Assembly (NCBI GenBank): GCA_951406725.2 | Contig: OX597826.1 | Location: forward strand, 79,732,001-79,796,000 | Source: Octopus vulgaris | Taxonomy: Eukaryota | Reading direction: 5' to 3' | DNA: 64,000 nt | Shown here: piece after piece, positions 14,122 to 26,364 of the stretch | How positions within the stretch are numbered: position 1 is the first letter of the stretch | How the letters are laid out: the number at the start of each line of letters is the position of its first letter | Notes under the pieces: model-generated | Database searches by the model: none | What the model was told of the DNA's origin: nothing | What the model saw: only the letters and a program-made list of their open reading frames with translations | Program-made: the position numbers and the translations under genes

Positions 14122-14404
14122 TATTCTATAATTACAAGTATAATTATAATTAGGGTTCAGTAAAGATTTGCTTTACCACATACCGAAGTTTAGAAATAGC
14201 AGTCAAAGAACCTTAGCTATTTCTTCTATTATAAGAAGAGACTCCCGGAGAAAACAAAATACTCGAAATAACTCACGCAGACAGTCTCTTCTCATAGTAG
14301 AAGAAATAGCTAAGGTTCTTTGACTGCTACTTCTAAACTTCGGTATGTGGTAAAGCAAATCTTTGCTGAACTCTAATTATACTTATACTCGTAATTATAA
14401 AATA
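14122..14404. repeat. long inverted repeat (about 122-bp arms, 39-bp spacer)
   Basis: 14122-14243 is the reverse complement of 14283-14404 with only scattered mismatches. Confidence 0.92.
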
Positions 14405-14566
14405 ATTTTAAAGTTTACCGAAAAATGGTCCTTTTTCATGCCGAATTCTACTTGATGGAATTATTAATTAGTAGTTAATTAATTAATTTTAGCCTTTATT
14501 ATATATATATATATACATGTACATACATATTTATACACAAACATACATATATACGCATATTTATAC

Positions 14567-14617
<51 letters not shown>

Positions 14618-15069
14618 GTAAGTAATAACTTTATAGTGTGGTTTCCAAACCCCCCCCCCAGTTATCGGCTACCAAATGTTATCATACAGTGGGACTCATC
14701 CTTTTGCTGGATATAGATAAATACCATTCTTATAATTAAGGTCTGGGTGATCGACAACTACAACCCTGTATGGTAGTGCTCCGGCATGGCCGCTGCCGCG
14801 GCATGCAACCAACCGGTAACGAACGCATGGAGCAGAGCTCACCACACTGTAATTGTGATGGAAAAGGGAAGGTGAAAAAACAGCACGTCGTAGGTCCAGA
14901 GATTGTAGCGAAGGGGTGAACGATATTGTGCAAATTATTGATATTTTATGAAGTGTAATATGTTTAAGTTTGTGTGATGCAGTTCCGTGGATAGTTAAGC
15001 ACCTTGACACACTGGTTCTTACCTAGAAAGTTTAGTTAACATAAAGATATATAAATTAGAACTAAAGAA

Positions 15070-15402
15070 CCCCGTTGGTCCTGAATGACCTTGGGATTGT
15101 ACCTACAAAGTTACCCTCCGAGGCACAAGTCCGAGCAAGGTTGTTTATGGAAGGCCAGTAGTCGCCCAAGTGTAACAATCTCATCTCTCCTCGCCACCGA
15201 TGTTATCCAAGGGAAAAGCAAAGGGGCCGATATAGCTTGGCACTAGTGACGTCGCAACTCATTTCTACAGCTGAATGCACTGAAGCAAAGTGAAATAAAG
15301 TGTCTTGCTCAAGAACACAACACACAGTCCGGTCCGAGAATCGAACTCACTACCTCATGACTGTGAGCCCGACGCTCTAATCACTGAGCAATGTACCTTC
15401 AC
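15070..15402 (-). mobile_element. tRNA-derived SINE, family C-type head
   Basis: Minus head GAAGGTACATTGCTCAGTGATTAGAGCG...GAGTTCGATTCTCGG, then TTCTTGAGCAAGACACTTTATTTCAC; 3' part differs from the 19219 copy. Confidence 0.85.
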
Positions 15403-16322
15403 ATAATAAATTATTGGCGTTATTTAGCACAGGTCAGCTCTAATAGAGTAGACCTAAGATTAAAAATATGTTCTGTTTCGGCCTTGTTATCTTTTACTTT
15501 GTCAGACAGGGTGTATCTATGACTACATGTTCCGTTGTATCCTTCTTCGAGAGGATCGTATTGGAGTGTGATTCTACTTTTATTTCTAGCATGTGGGGTG
15601 TTCCGTCATTGGCTCATATTTCTTACAATTGTAAATTTGTGTGTTGTTGCTAAGCACCATTGTGAACAGGAGGTGTGAGGAATTCAGTTTCAAGGTACAT
15701 ATTTTTAGTTGTGTTGACTGAAGAAGGCGTGCTTGCGTTCGTGTGTATGTGAGTGTGTGTGTACGTGTGCATGTGTGCGTGCATGTTTGTAAATAATCGA
15801 CGTAATAATGCGCTGAAACTCCACTCTTTCCTCTCTCTTTCTAAATGCCATTTTGGTGAGATAAGATTTCGATTCCCTGCTTTCTACATCTCAAACTACC
15901 CTCCACATAACTTCTCTCCCCTGTATCTTACTCCCTCCCATATTCTCTTCCTCCTACCCCACGCCCTCTGTTCTTGAAACTCAATGCCAGAACTACGCAA
16001 ATGGGTTACACTGCAACTAACCCATCGGGAGTACATTAGATAACATGTACAATGAAGAAATAATAGTGGAACGGATATAATTATAATGTCAAAGCGAAGA
16101 TTCGCGCAAAATTGAATATCTAACGAGTAGGTTCTCTTAAAAAATAATTCCTGTCCCTTTACAAGCAAATCTGATTAGGAAATGTTCAAAACCTCAAACG
16201 AAATACAAAATTAGGATTTTTTTCATTATGCCAACGTAAAGATATATGGAAAAATAAAAATAGAATATTTAAAATGAATGAAATAATAACTCACTGTTTC
16301 TTCTTACTGGGCACACTAAAGC

Positions 16323-16367
16323 TATTATTATTGTTATTATTATTATTATCATTATTGTTATTATCAC

Positions 16368-16427
<60 letters not shown>

Positions 16428-16455
16428 CATTATTATTATTATGATTATTATTATT
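16323..16455. repeat. (ATT)n microsatellite
   Basis: Direct reading. Confidence 0.95.
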
Positions 16456-16659
16456 ATCGTATATGAATACGCACTGGTGAATCAAACCAATATAAATCTG
16501 GTATTCTATTTTGTTTTATCTGAACTTAGAGCAATAAAGAAATTAGTCTTCGGTGAAATTCATCTCAGACTAGAAATGTTCCTGTTTCTCATCTTTCACC
16601 ATAACATCATCATAGCCATTATTAAAAACTATACCACTACTACTACTACTACTACTGGT

Positions 16660-17158
16660 TAGTCGATTACATCGACCACAGTATTCAGCTGGTACTTATT
16701 TTATCGACCCCGAAAGGATGAAAACCGAAATTTGAACTCGGAACGTAAAATCCTAAAAAGTCCTTTCTACATTAGGCACAAGGCCTGAAATTTTGGAGGA
16801 GGGGACCAGTCGATTACAAGGACTCCTGTATGCAACTGGTACTTAATCTATCCATCCCGAAAGGATGAAAGGCGAAGTCGACTTCGGTGGAAATTGAACT
16901 CAGATCGTAAAGACAGGCGAAATACCTATTTCTTTACTACCCACAAGGGGCTAAGCACAGAGGGGACAAACAAGGACAGACAGACGGATTAAGTCGATTA
17001 TATCGACCCCAGTGCGTAAATGGTACTTGATTTATCGACCCGGAAAGGATGAAAGGTAAAGTCGACCTCGGCGGAATTTGAACTCAGAACGTAGCGGCAG
17101 ACGAAATACCGCGAAGCATTTCGCCCGGCGTGCTAACGTTTCTGCCAGCTCGCCGCCT
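16660..17158 (-). mobile_element. SINE family A dimer plus adjacent fragment
   Basis: Three CCGAAAGGATGAAA-type cores; complete head ...CCAGCTCGCCGCCT at about 17158. Confidence 0.9.
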
Positions 17159-17805
17159 AAAAATCCCCAAAACTCGAAACGAATACCACGAGGCATACAT
17201 TTGCCACAAGATTTCTGCTGCTGCTGCTACTAAAGAAAATGGCTGTAAAACTGCGAGGAAAATATAACATACAGATATAATATCAGACACCACATGATAA
17301 GCCTGACATCATTCTTTATGTTAATAATGCACTAAATATCGACCGAGCATTCCGAAATGACTTTATTGTTGTGCACAACTGAGCAGAAAAGCCAAGAAAT
17401 TAGGTTGGTTTAACTGCTATGAATTTTGTATTTTAGCAAAGTAATGTGTCTAACGACACCAACTAACTAACGCATGGCCATATACATACATACATACATA
17501 CATACATACATACATACATACATACATACATACATAAATACATATATGCATATAAACACACATACACACGCAGACACACACACACACACATATATATTTA
17601 TAGGGGTTCGCGCCCCCCTGTGCAGAGTATATATGCGTTGTAAAAGTTCTAGTTTAGTAGCACAGCCCTTCTACATACATTAATTAAACGAAACACGTGT
17701 ATGTTTATAATGCGTAGAATACCATATATGTTCCATATATTTTCTAAGTAATTTCTCTTTATCTTTCTTTCCATATCTCTCTCTCTCTCTCTCTTTCTCT
17801 CTCTT

Positions 17806-17891
<86 letters not shown>

Positions 17892-18087
17892 CACACACTC
17901 ACACACACACACACACATATGCATTTAATAAAATGTGAGAAAGAAAATCGAGTTCAGGAGATTCTATATTCTTTATTCACCGTGACTCAAGATGGGTCGC
18001 GATCGTTGTAAATAAAGAATCTCGTTAATTTCCTTTCTCTCATAAACTTTGTGGACACAAAATAATTACAGAAGCAAATTCAGTCGC

Positions 18088-18656
18088 CTATATCTCCACA
18101 CTGTTGTTGACATCAGATAGCCAAATAATGTGAACGGGCTTTAAACACCATACTACAAGGTGTATACCTGAATATAAAACTTCCCGTATCATATTTTGGA
18201 CAATGTCAGTAATATCCGTACCGAGTTCATCAAGTGTATGCGGATTCTTTGTAAACACAGCGTCCTTGATATATTTGAATAAAAAGAAATCAAGAGGCTT
18301 TAAGTCTGGTGATCTGGGTAGCCAGAGGCCTTTCGTGATCAACCCGTGTTCAAAAGTTTGTCGTAAGTGAAACAAAGTGTGGTTGCTAACATGACATGTT
18401 GCTGAGTCCAGGTGAAGCCATGCGTTACTTTCTTCATTTTCAGCTGCTTAACAAACTGATCGATTATCTCACAATAACGTTCCGAATTCAAGGTTTCTTG
18501 GGAAAAAAATCGGTCCTACTATTCTTCGTCTGCTGATAGCCATCCATGCACCAATCTTTACTGCATGTAAGGTTGATTAACAATCCATTCGAAAGTATCG
18601 TTTTTCTAAAATTATAACTGACTATATGTATAAACAAACATTAACACACACACACA

Positions 18657-18716
<60 letters not shown>

Positions 18717-18928
18717 TACACACACGGAGACTAATCTAAATTGTTCTTTCCTTTCAAGATATTTGGAGACTGATTATACTATGCTTTCATGCCTGCACCA
18801 ATCTTCACTGCATGTAAGGTTGATTCGATAAACTCGTGAGGATTGAGAGCACTCCAGATGCGAGTGTTTTGTGAATTTAGGTATCCCGATAGGTGAATCC
18901 AAGCCTCATCACTGAAGAAGATCATTTC
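18088..18928 (-). pseudogene. Tc1/mariner-superfamily DDD transposase relic (rosa/maT-like), interrupted
   Basis: Minus frames give FFSDEAWIHLSGYLNSQNTRIWSALNPH, KIGAWMAISRRRIVGPIFF, LDSATCH and WLPRSPDLKPLDFFLFKYIKD. Frameshifted and split by an insertion at 18579-18793. Confidence 0.9.
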
Positions 18929-19218
18929 AATCAGAGAGAGAGCTAATCTGAGCCAATCAGAGAGAGATAATATTTTGACAGTTAATCAATCCAGTCAACT
19001 TTGAAATTGAACAGCCTGTATTAAATATTCTTGTTAACTTTGAAGATTTCCATTAACCATGAACATCTGTGTTTCTGTTCAACATTTTTTGTCTGTTTTC
19101 TCAACGATTCACCTAATTTATTCTCCAAAAAGCGGAAAAAACCTTTGATGAATGTTTCGAATCGCAAATCATCAAAATACCATAATAACAGTGAAAATGA
19201 TTCAGTAATAATAATGAT

Positions 19219-19541
19219 GAAGGCGCATGATTTAGAAGTTAAGCTATTCAGTTCACTATCGTAAGGTTCTGAGTTCGATTCCCGGCGGCGCGTTGTATCC
19301 TTGAGCAAGAGACATTATTTCACGCTGCTCCAGTCCACTCAGTTGGCAAAAATGGGTTGTACCTGTATATCAAAGGACCAGTCTTGTCACATTCTGTGTC
19401 ACGCTGAATCTCCCTGAGAACTACATTAAAAGTACGCGTGTCTGTGGAGTGCTCGGCCACTTGCACTTTAATTTCACGGGTTGGCAGTTCCGTTGATCGA
19501 ATTAACTAGAACCCTCATCGTCGTAACTGACGGAGTGCCAG
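19219..19541 (+). mobile_element. SINE family C, full length
   Basis: Head AAGGCGCATGATTTAG...GAGTTCGATTCCCGG, CCTTGAGCAAG, body ending GACGGAGTGCCA. Confidence 0.88.
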
Positions 19542-19937
19542 TCTAATAATAATGACTTGAAATTTTAGCGCAAGACTAGCATTTTCAAGGAAGGCGAGTA
19601 AATCGATAGCAGCGCCCCCACTTCAATTTTTCAGCTGATACTTATTTCATCGGCCTCGAAAGGGTGAAAGGTATCGGCTTTATCAAAATGAAATTCCGAA
19701 TTAATAACGATTAATTAGTTTCAAGAACAAGAATTTAGTATAAGCCCTTTAGAATCTCGAGCTTTGATTCAAATTGGAAAATGTCCATAAAGCAATCGAG
19801 TTCTTTATTGCCTGTCCCACATACACCGTTTTGGCTTCTTTCCATTTCATAATTCTACACATGTGTTTCATTAACAATCCATTCGAAAGTATCGTTTTTC
19901 TAAAATTATAACTGAATATATATATAAACAAACATAA

Positions 19938-19968
<31 letters not shown>

Positions 19969-20727
19969 GACTAATCTAAATTGTTCTTTCTTTTCAAGAT
20001 ATTTGGAGACTGATTATACTGTGCTTTCTTGCAGGTCAAACAAACGGATGGAGGTTCGCTGGACGGCTCCTGTGATGTTATAATTATCCCACACCCAATT
20101 ATAAACAATAAAGCGTAGGCAGAGGTCAGTGTTGTGAAGTAGCAGGATCGTGGTATAACATGCATCTCACGTGGTCACAAACTCCTCAAACTTGTAGAAA
20201 AGACTTCACATGACCAATACATAATTTATTGCTTACTGAGACACGTGGTCCTCGTTGATTTAGGACATGGTCACGAGTGTTTGTAGGGCATTCTGTTCTG
20301 ATTTTCGTATCGTGGATTGACCTCCAGTCTGAGGATTACAATAGGACTTGATGTGTTGCTTCCTGATTTAGTATATCCGGAATTTCTGGTGCCCTCCCAA
20401 GTATAGCAGGTCCGGGTCTTCTCAAATCAGACCATTAAAAAAATCAATTTCATGGAAAAGTTTTGATGCAAGGCACGGAAACAAAAAGGTGAGTATGAAC
20501 ACACACACACACACACACACACATGTATATACATGTATATATATACATACATATATGTATATGTATATATATACGTATATATATATACATGTATACAAAC
20601 ATATAGATGCTGTGTATATCCATGAGTGAGTGCATATTTGCATCTATACATATCTGTGTGAGTGTATTCACAAATGTATATACGCGTAATATCAACTCTT
20701 AAACACCTTTTTCAGGTACCATATCTA

Positions 20728-20771
<44 letters not shown>

Positions 20772-21318
20772 CAGATGTACATATATATGTACATGCGTAT
20801 GGTTCATTACCCCTAGAATGCATATATTATGTAAAAAATGCGAAAATAGATATCATGCTGCCTATGTTAGTTTATAAATAGCGAAGAAACCATAGAAACT
20901 GTGATTGTAAACGTGTATTTTCAGCATATATCCTCATTTTTACCATCCTTGTGAAATACAAAATTATTGCAAACCATTTCAAGGAACGTGAGCGATGTGT
21001 TGTACTTTTTTATGCCTGCGTTGAAGTATAATTTATTATGCTTCATTCAATAGGAAAAGGAATTACTCGTGATGTTCTACATAACTGACATTTATACAAG
21101 GTCGGGATCAGGATGAGATTAAGAGAAAATTTGGATGGGAAGAGAAACCCATGAAGTCGCTGTTCAGGACAGAAGGGGCTTGGCAATTTGATCGGAGCAA
21201 AGAAAAAGGGGTTGAAGACACATTTGGAATAAGGAGGGAACGAGTGGCGGCTGTGAGCAGAGGATTGGACATAAGTGGAATGCGATTCAGAGGATGGCTA
21301 GAATAGAGATAAAGTAGA

Positions 21319-21542
21319 TGCGAGGTGGTGCTGAAAAGTTCCTGGCTCTCGATAAAAGAAAATACGGGAGAATCTGTTAATAATGATTTTATTCGACATA
21401 TTCTTCTCTCAGATTCACGCACTTCATTATTTCTAAGTTCTTCATTTTTTCTAAGTCCTGGAAAAGAACTTGGAAGATTGGACCTCCAGCCAGGCGTTTC
21501 CCGATACCGTTAAAGGCAGGAGCTTTACAACATCCCCTCGTA
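21319..21542. mobile_element. mariner-type MITE
   Basis: TGCGAGGTGGTGCTGAAAAGTTCCTG...CAGGAGCTTTACAACATCCCCTCGTA imperfect TIRs; TA at the right end. Confidence 0.78.
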
Positions 21543-21868
21543 TAGTATGAAGACATTGCAATGTTTTGGAGTGAAAGAACATTCTTAGCAATCAGTGAAA
21601 TGGGGTGATAAATGCATTTATAATTGTTTTCTTGGAATCCATGTTAAGGAATGCATAATATTAGTTTCGAATTTCAGTTGAAGGCGAGCAAGTTTGGCAG
21701 GGGCTAAGTTTATTACATCGACCCCGCTGTTCATTTGGTGTTTATTTTATAGACTTCGAAAGGATAAAATTCCACTTTGACCTCGGCAGAATTTGAATCT
21801 AGGACGTCCGGGACTCCTAATAATTATGCCTGCTCATTACCTTAAGGAATGCATGATAAAGCCTAAGC

Positions 21869-22025
21869 ACATTATTTACATTATTTACATTTGACAGATA
21901 TTTGTCCTCCTCTTTGTTGTTAACACAATATTTCGGCTGATATACCCTCCAGCCTTCATCAGGTGTCTTGGGGAAATTTCGAGTCTGGGTTCTCATTCCT
22001 AAGGTATTTTTCGATGTTGTTGTTG

Positions 22026-22103
<78 letters not shown>

Positions 22104-22114
22104 TCATTACCTGG
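21869..22114 (-). mobile_element. family E (hammerhead SINE), inverted partial copy
   Basis: Reverse complement of about 22172-22372; lacks most of the head and the 32-nt tail. Confidence 0.9.
21922..21967 (-). ncRNA. minimal type I hammerhead motif (family E)
   Basis: GACAC CUGAUGA A GGCUG GAGGGUAUAU CAGCC GAAAUAUU GUGUU; stem III palindrome is AAUAUU here. Confidence 0.8.
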
Positions 22115-22188
22115 GGCATATGGCGTAGGGGTTAAGAGCGCGGACTACTAACCACAAGATTCCGAGTTAGATTACAGGCAGTGACCTG

Positions 22189-22221
<33 letters not shown>

Positions 22222-22403
22222 ATTGAAAAATACCTTAGGAATGAGAGCCCAGGTTCGAAATTTCCCCAAGACGCCTGATAAAGGTTGGAGGGTATATCAG
22301 GCGAAACGTTGTGGTAACAATAAACGAGATGAAGACAAATATCCATCAAATGTAAATAATGTAAATAATGTACATAAATCTTCATCTCTTGAATATAGAA
22401 CTG
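22114..22403 (+). mobile_element. family E (tRNA head + (AAC)n + hammerhead + tail), full length
   Basis: GGGCATATGGCGTAGGGGTTAAGAGCG (A box), GAGTTAGATTAC (B box, mutated), mutated HHR at 22270-22315 (CUGAUAA), tail 22372-22403. Confidence 0.9.
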
Positions 22404-22566
22404 TAAAGTCTACGAAGTTTTGTTTCTAATGTAGCATCTGAAGTTTTCATTTCTATAAATTACTTTGTGTGGTAGAAGATTACGGCAACAACGGCAGCAG
22501 AATATCATGATATATATTTTGTTCTTCAGCCTCAGCTTATCTTTCATCAAGCAGATCTATGATCAT

Positions 22567-22733
22567 CCGGGCCGGCCCTAGGGTTGCTGGCGCCCCGGAC
22601 AAGCTGAACTTCGGCGCCCTTATAAGAATAATTTTTTTAAACTTTCACAAGGAGAAAACCTGAAGATGTAGACTAAAAAGCACATGGTGCCCCGGGCGAT
22701 TGTCCGAGATGCTGGTACCTTGAGCCGTCCCTG
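22567..22733. mobile_element. hAT MITE with 8-bp TSD
   Basis: TIRs CCGGGCCGGC...GCCGTCCCTG; flanks ATGATCAT / ATTATCAT (7/8 match). Confidence 0.85.
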
Positions 22734-23411
22734 ATTATCATTAGCATTCTATCACAGTCTTTCAGTTTATATTATAGACATGGCGTATTTAGGACTTCAT
22801 TATTGAATGTCTCAATACACATTTTAAGAGAGAAATCCTTCTTTGAGAGATATTTGGTTGCTCTTTCAAGCAAAGCAGGTGAAATCGTAGAGGTTTTCTG
22901 ATAGGAGATGTGGAAACACGAAGGGATGAAAAAGTCGTGATATTCAGGTAGTGATCGTGTCAGGATTTAATTCGAATGAGGAAAACAAATGTCCCAAAGC
23001 ACGCGGCAGTCTTCGTTTGCTAATCATTAACCGCGAACGAGTAACGGTTTCTTACTGGTTCGTCGCAAAAGATTTTGTTATAATCGGCATTTTAAAGAGA
23101 GACATGAACTATATGTCTTTCTCGACGCCATTAATGCCAATCACAAAGCGAAACACCTCAACACTGGATTGAAAACACAAGTTGTTAGTGTATTGTAAGT
23201 CAGCTGTCATCACCCTGGTTCAAAATATACGAATGTATATAAAATAAGGATTTTGTGCAGAATCAATATATAACATGGAATGGAATGCATAGCTTGCATT
23301 CGCTACTTGCCACTAAGTAAAAAAACCTTGCAAAAATCGAGTTATCGATTCCACCATGTGACCCGAAGCGACTAATAGTTGAACCTCATTTATTTCGTCA
23401 TAATTATCGGT

Positions 23412-23741
23412 TTTACCTCCACCTTGTATATTGTTTTCAGTTGTGTTTGTTTGTTTGTTTGTTTATGGACAATATATCTCAAGAACCGCTGGATGGATTC
23501 CGATGAAACTATCATGGTGGTTTGGCCTCGTGACTGGCACGAACTGAAACGATTTTGATATGGATTCTGGATTATTTTTCCTGTTTTTTTTATTTAATTT
23601 TTGAGAGCGGTCGGGTTCATTTTTAGTATCTTGGTTTGTGAAAGGAGTCGAGTTTATTTCAGATATTCTCATTTTAAAAATCGTTGAGAGGACGTTGGTG
23701 TTGCCTTGGTGGAGGTTTGCGCTCTCTGAGTGCTCCTGTTT
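23412..23741 (+). mobile_element. Helentron-associated non-autonomous element (HINE/DINE-1-like)
   Basis: Subterminal IR ACCTCCACC (23415-23423) / GGTGGAGGT (23708-23716), (GTTT)n near the 5' end, 3' hairpin GCGCTCTCTGAGTGC, T-rich ends; second copy at 35305. Confidence 0.8.
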
Positions 23742-24869
23742 AGTATCTGTAATCAGCTCGAAACGCATACTAAATCAAATGAACGATTTAAATTGCATTT
23801 TGCTCCTGTAAAAAAGTCCTACTTACACAAATATGAACAAAATTTTAAATACGAACATCAAACTTCTGTGGCATATGTTGAGCGGTCTATTCTTTTCTCT
23901 AGATACGTGTGTGTGTTGCATGCGTATTGTATCTTTGTATGATGTGTACGTGTGTGTGTACTGTATATTTATATAAAGGCCTTTTAAAACTAACATGTGT
24001 TCCTATATCATTACCGCTATGAATTTATATGATTCCGTACTGCTTAAAGTAATTCTGACTTTATAAAAACAACGCGAGTTGTGTGAGGTGAATACCAAAA
24101 TTTCATTTACATTTTCGGAGAGAATTCTTCCATTTTTACAACGCAAATATCGAGGATCGGATACTTCATCAAATGCAGTAAATATATCCTAATCTAATAA
24201 CAAGTGTAATCAGCTTATTAGCAATGTTTCCCAACCAATTAGAAATGTTAATTAGCCAACTTTGAAATATATACAGGGAGCGCCATAATGAAAGGAGAAC
24301 GTAATGAAAGTTTAAAGAACGCATTAATTATTTCCGATATTTGCGGTCGATTTGTGCGTTATGTGATCACACAGGTAAGTAGGATGTAATCACGCAGGTA
24401 AGTAGGATGATATTTTATCTTCCTTTTTTTTTTTGTAAATTTCATTGAGAGAAAAAGACGCCTTTCTGAGGCCATGTTTGCTAAGACAGTACAATTCATA
24501 ATTTATGCCTTATTGTATTCTGTTTTATCTGATTATTTACGTTATATAATTATGTGGCTTTACTAACTTACTTGATATTATATTTTGCTTTCAGGCGTCG
24601 TTACTCTCATAGAATTTGTTACAATACAGATGTTTGCTCGAACGTTCATATATTCCGGCTGTTTTATTTTTTTAATAATGAACGCCGTATCGAATTTCCA
24701 ATTAATAGGTTACCTACCAAGTGTTACTGTCTCATATATTTTCATTTGCTTTTTGTTTTAGAATTTCAAACATTTCTCTGACAGATATTAAACTGTAAAT
24801 AATATAGTACAATGCAACGCAAATAATTGAAAGATTGGAGTAAATTTATACTGTGGAGAAGAAAAGAAA

Positions 24870-26060
24870 TTAAACGTTTTTGCTAAATATCTTCGTCGAA
24901 GAGAAAAGACATGCCAAATGATGTTAAAAGGCATAGAAATTGGGATTGGTGAGAGGAGAGGAAGCGGAAAAGAGAGGGAGAGAGGAAACGGTTTGGTTTT
25001 ACTCTTTGTTGAATGGGTAGAGGTTGTGGCGTGATTTACGACAAATTCACAAACTGAGTAATGATTAAAGGTATAGCATAATGAATTAAAATGTCAAGCT
25101 ACGCGCTTCGAGGTCGTATGGGTGTTATTACGAACATTATAAAAGCATTCATGAAAGTCGTTAAATGAGCGACTTCTCGAGCATTCCAAGGGCAGAGAAT
25201 TGTAAAGTTTCTATTTGATTGAATATATGGGGTTGGGGAGGTTCGCAAATCGATCTTTGCAGCCACTTGTGCAGGAGAGATGAAAGGGAAAACTTTAACG
25301 TACAAAATGACAGCATTTAAAAGGTATTGGGTGCGCATTACAGGAGTGAAGAGATTTTCTAAGAAAGGGGTCTCGTGATATTTTTCTTTTTCTCTGTCTC
25401 TTTTAAAAGAGAAAACGAAGGAAAAAAGGGGCAGAAGTTAAATTTGTGAGGTAAAATTTGTTAGGGATGCTTGGCAGGCTGATGACATGTCATAAAAGAT
25501 AGTCGTTTCTCTTTGAATGAGTGCGTTTGGGTTAAACGTGTGGAGGCTCTTTCGTTGGACTAAGCTGGCCAGAATGTCAAGCTGACTAACGCGATATATT
25601 AAATCCATGCAACGAAGAAATGGTGCTTTTCATCAGACAAGGCAAAGAATGGCGGTAAAAGTTTATTACTTTAATTTATAAGTTGGTGATACAATTATTA
25701 ACAAACGTTAAAATTCAGGAGTAGGCCTGATAGATTCGGCAAAGATCATGACCAATATGGCCGTAAGTATGAGTATATCTAGGATCTAACTTTGTGCTTA
25801 TGGGCAACCCAGTAATTTGTTGATAAAATTCCTCAGAGGTAGAGATACACTCCAGAGCAAGGGACGGGTGCCACTAAGGTGCGAGTTTCAGATGAAGAAC
25901 GGAGTTTCAAGAAATGTTTGTGAAGAATGACAGTGTAGCTTTATGACAATTTCTGTTTTGTATTTTCAGACATGTTAAATCGATCAGTTCACAACATTCA
26001 GCCGAACCAAGCTCTGAATAAGCTGTGATACTTTCAAATTCTGATGCTTTCAGGCATTGA
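24870..26060 (-). pseudogene. Penelope-like retroelement relic (RT)
   Basis: Minus frames: SYTVILH (cf. SLYT.IPH), FYQQITGLPISTKLDPRY (cf. Y.Q..G..MG...AP.YA), FVNNCI (cf. YIDD), LRCMDLNI (cf. LPFLD), in the expected order, followed by a pyrimidine-rich 3' region. Confidence 0.65.
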
Positions 26061-26364
26061 AAATTATCCGACGATGCTAACCCCTAAATAATAATAATAC
26101 GGTGACTGCTAAAAAACAGAACCTGCATTACCAAGAAAATAGACTCCTATGGTATTATTTCAACATTTTAACTCGCTTCTGAGGAGACAATATGCTTCTG
26201 TTCATCCATTCTTGAGCAATGCACTCGACCATAAGAACTTGTAATAACAAAAATGTTTGCTATTTGATACATTTGTTACAAACTTTCATAATGTATCTTC
26301 TTTTATGTACAATGATTGTTTTCGTATTTCTTATAATTCTTTTCATTTGTGTAAAAAATATGTT

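Noticed and set aside
19749-19870. YVGQ as a GIY-YIG relic
   Set aside because: A single short motif is insufficient support.
20020-20130. Possible exon after TTTCTTGCAG acceptor
   Set aside because: All three frames stop within about 90 nt, with no convincing donor or recognisable protein.
22114-22190. tRNA gene (also 19219, 26533, 62524)
   Set aside because: A/B boxes are present but the acceptor stem is not closed, and each continues into a repeated SINE body.
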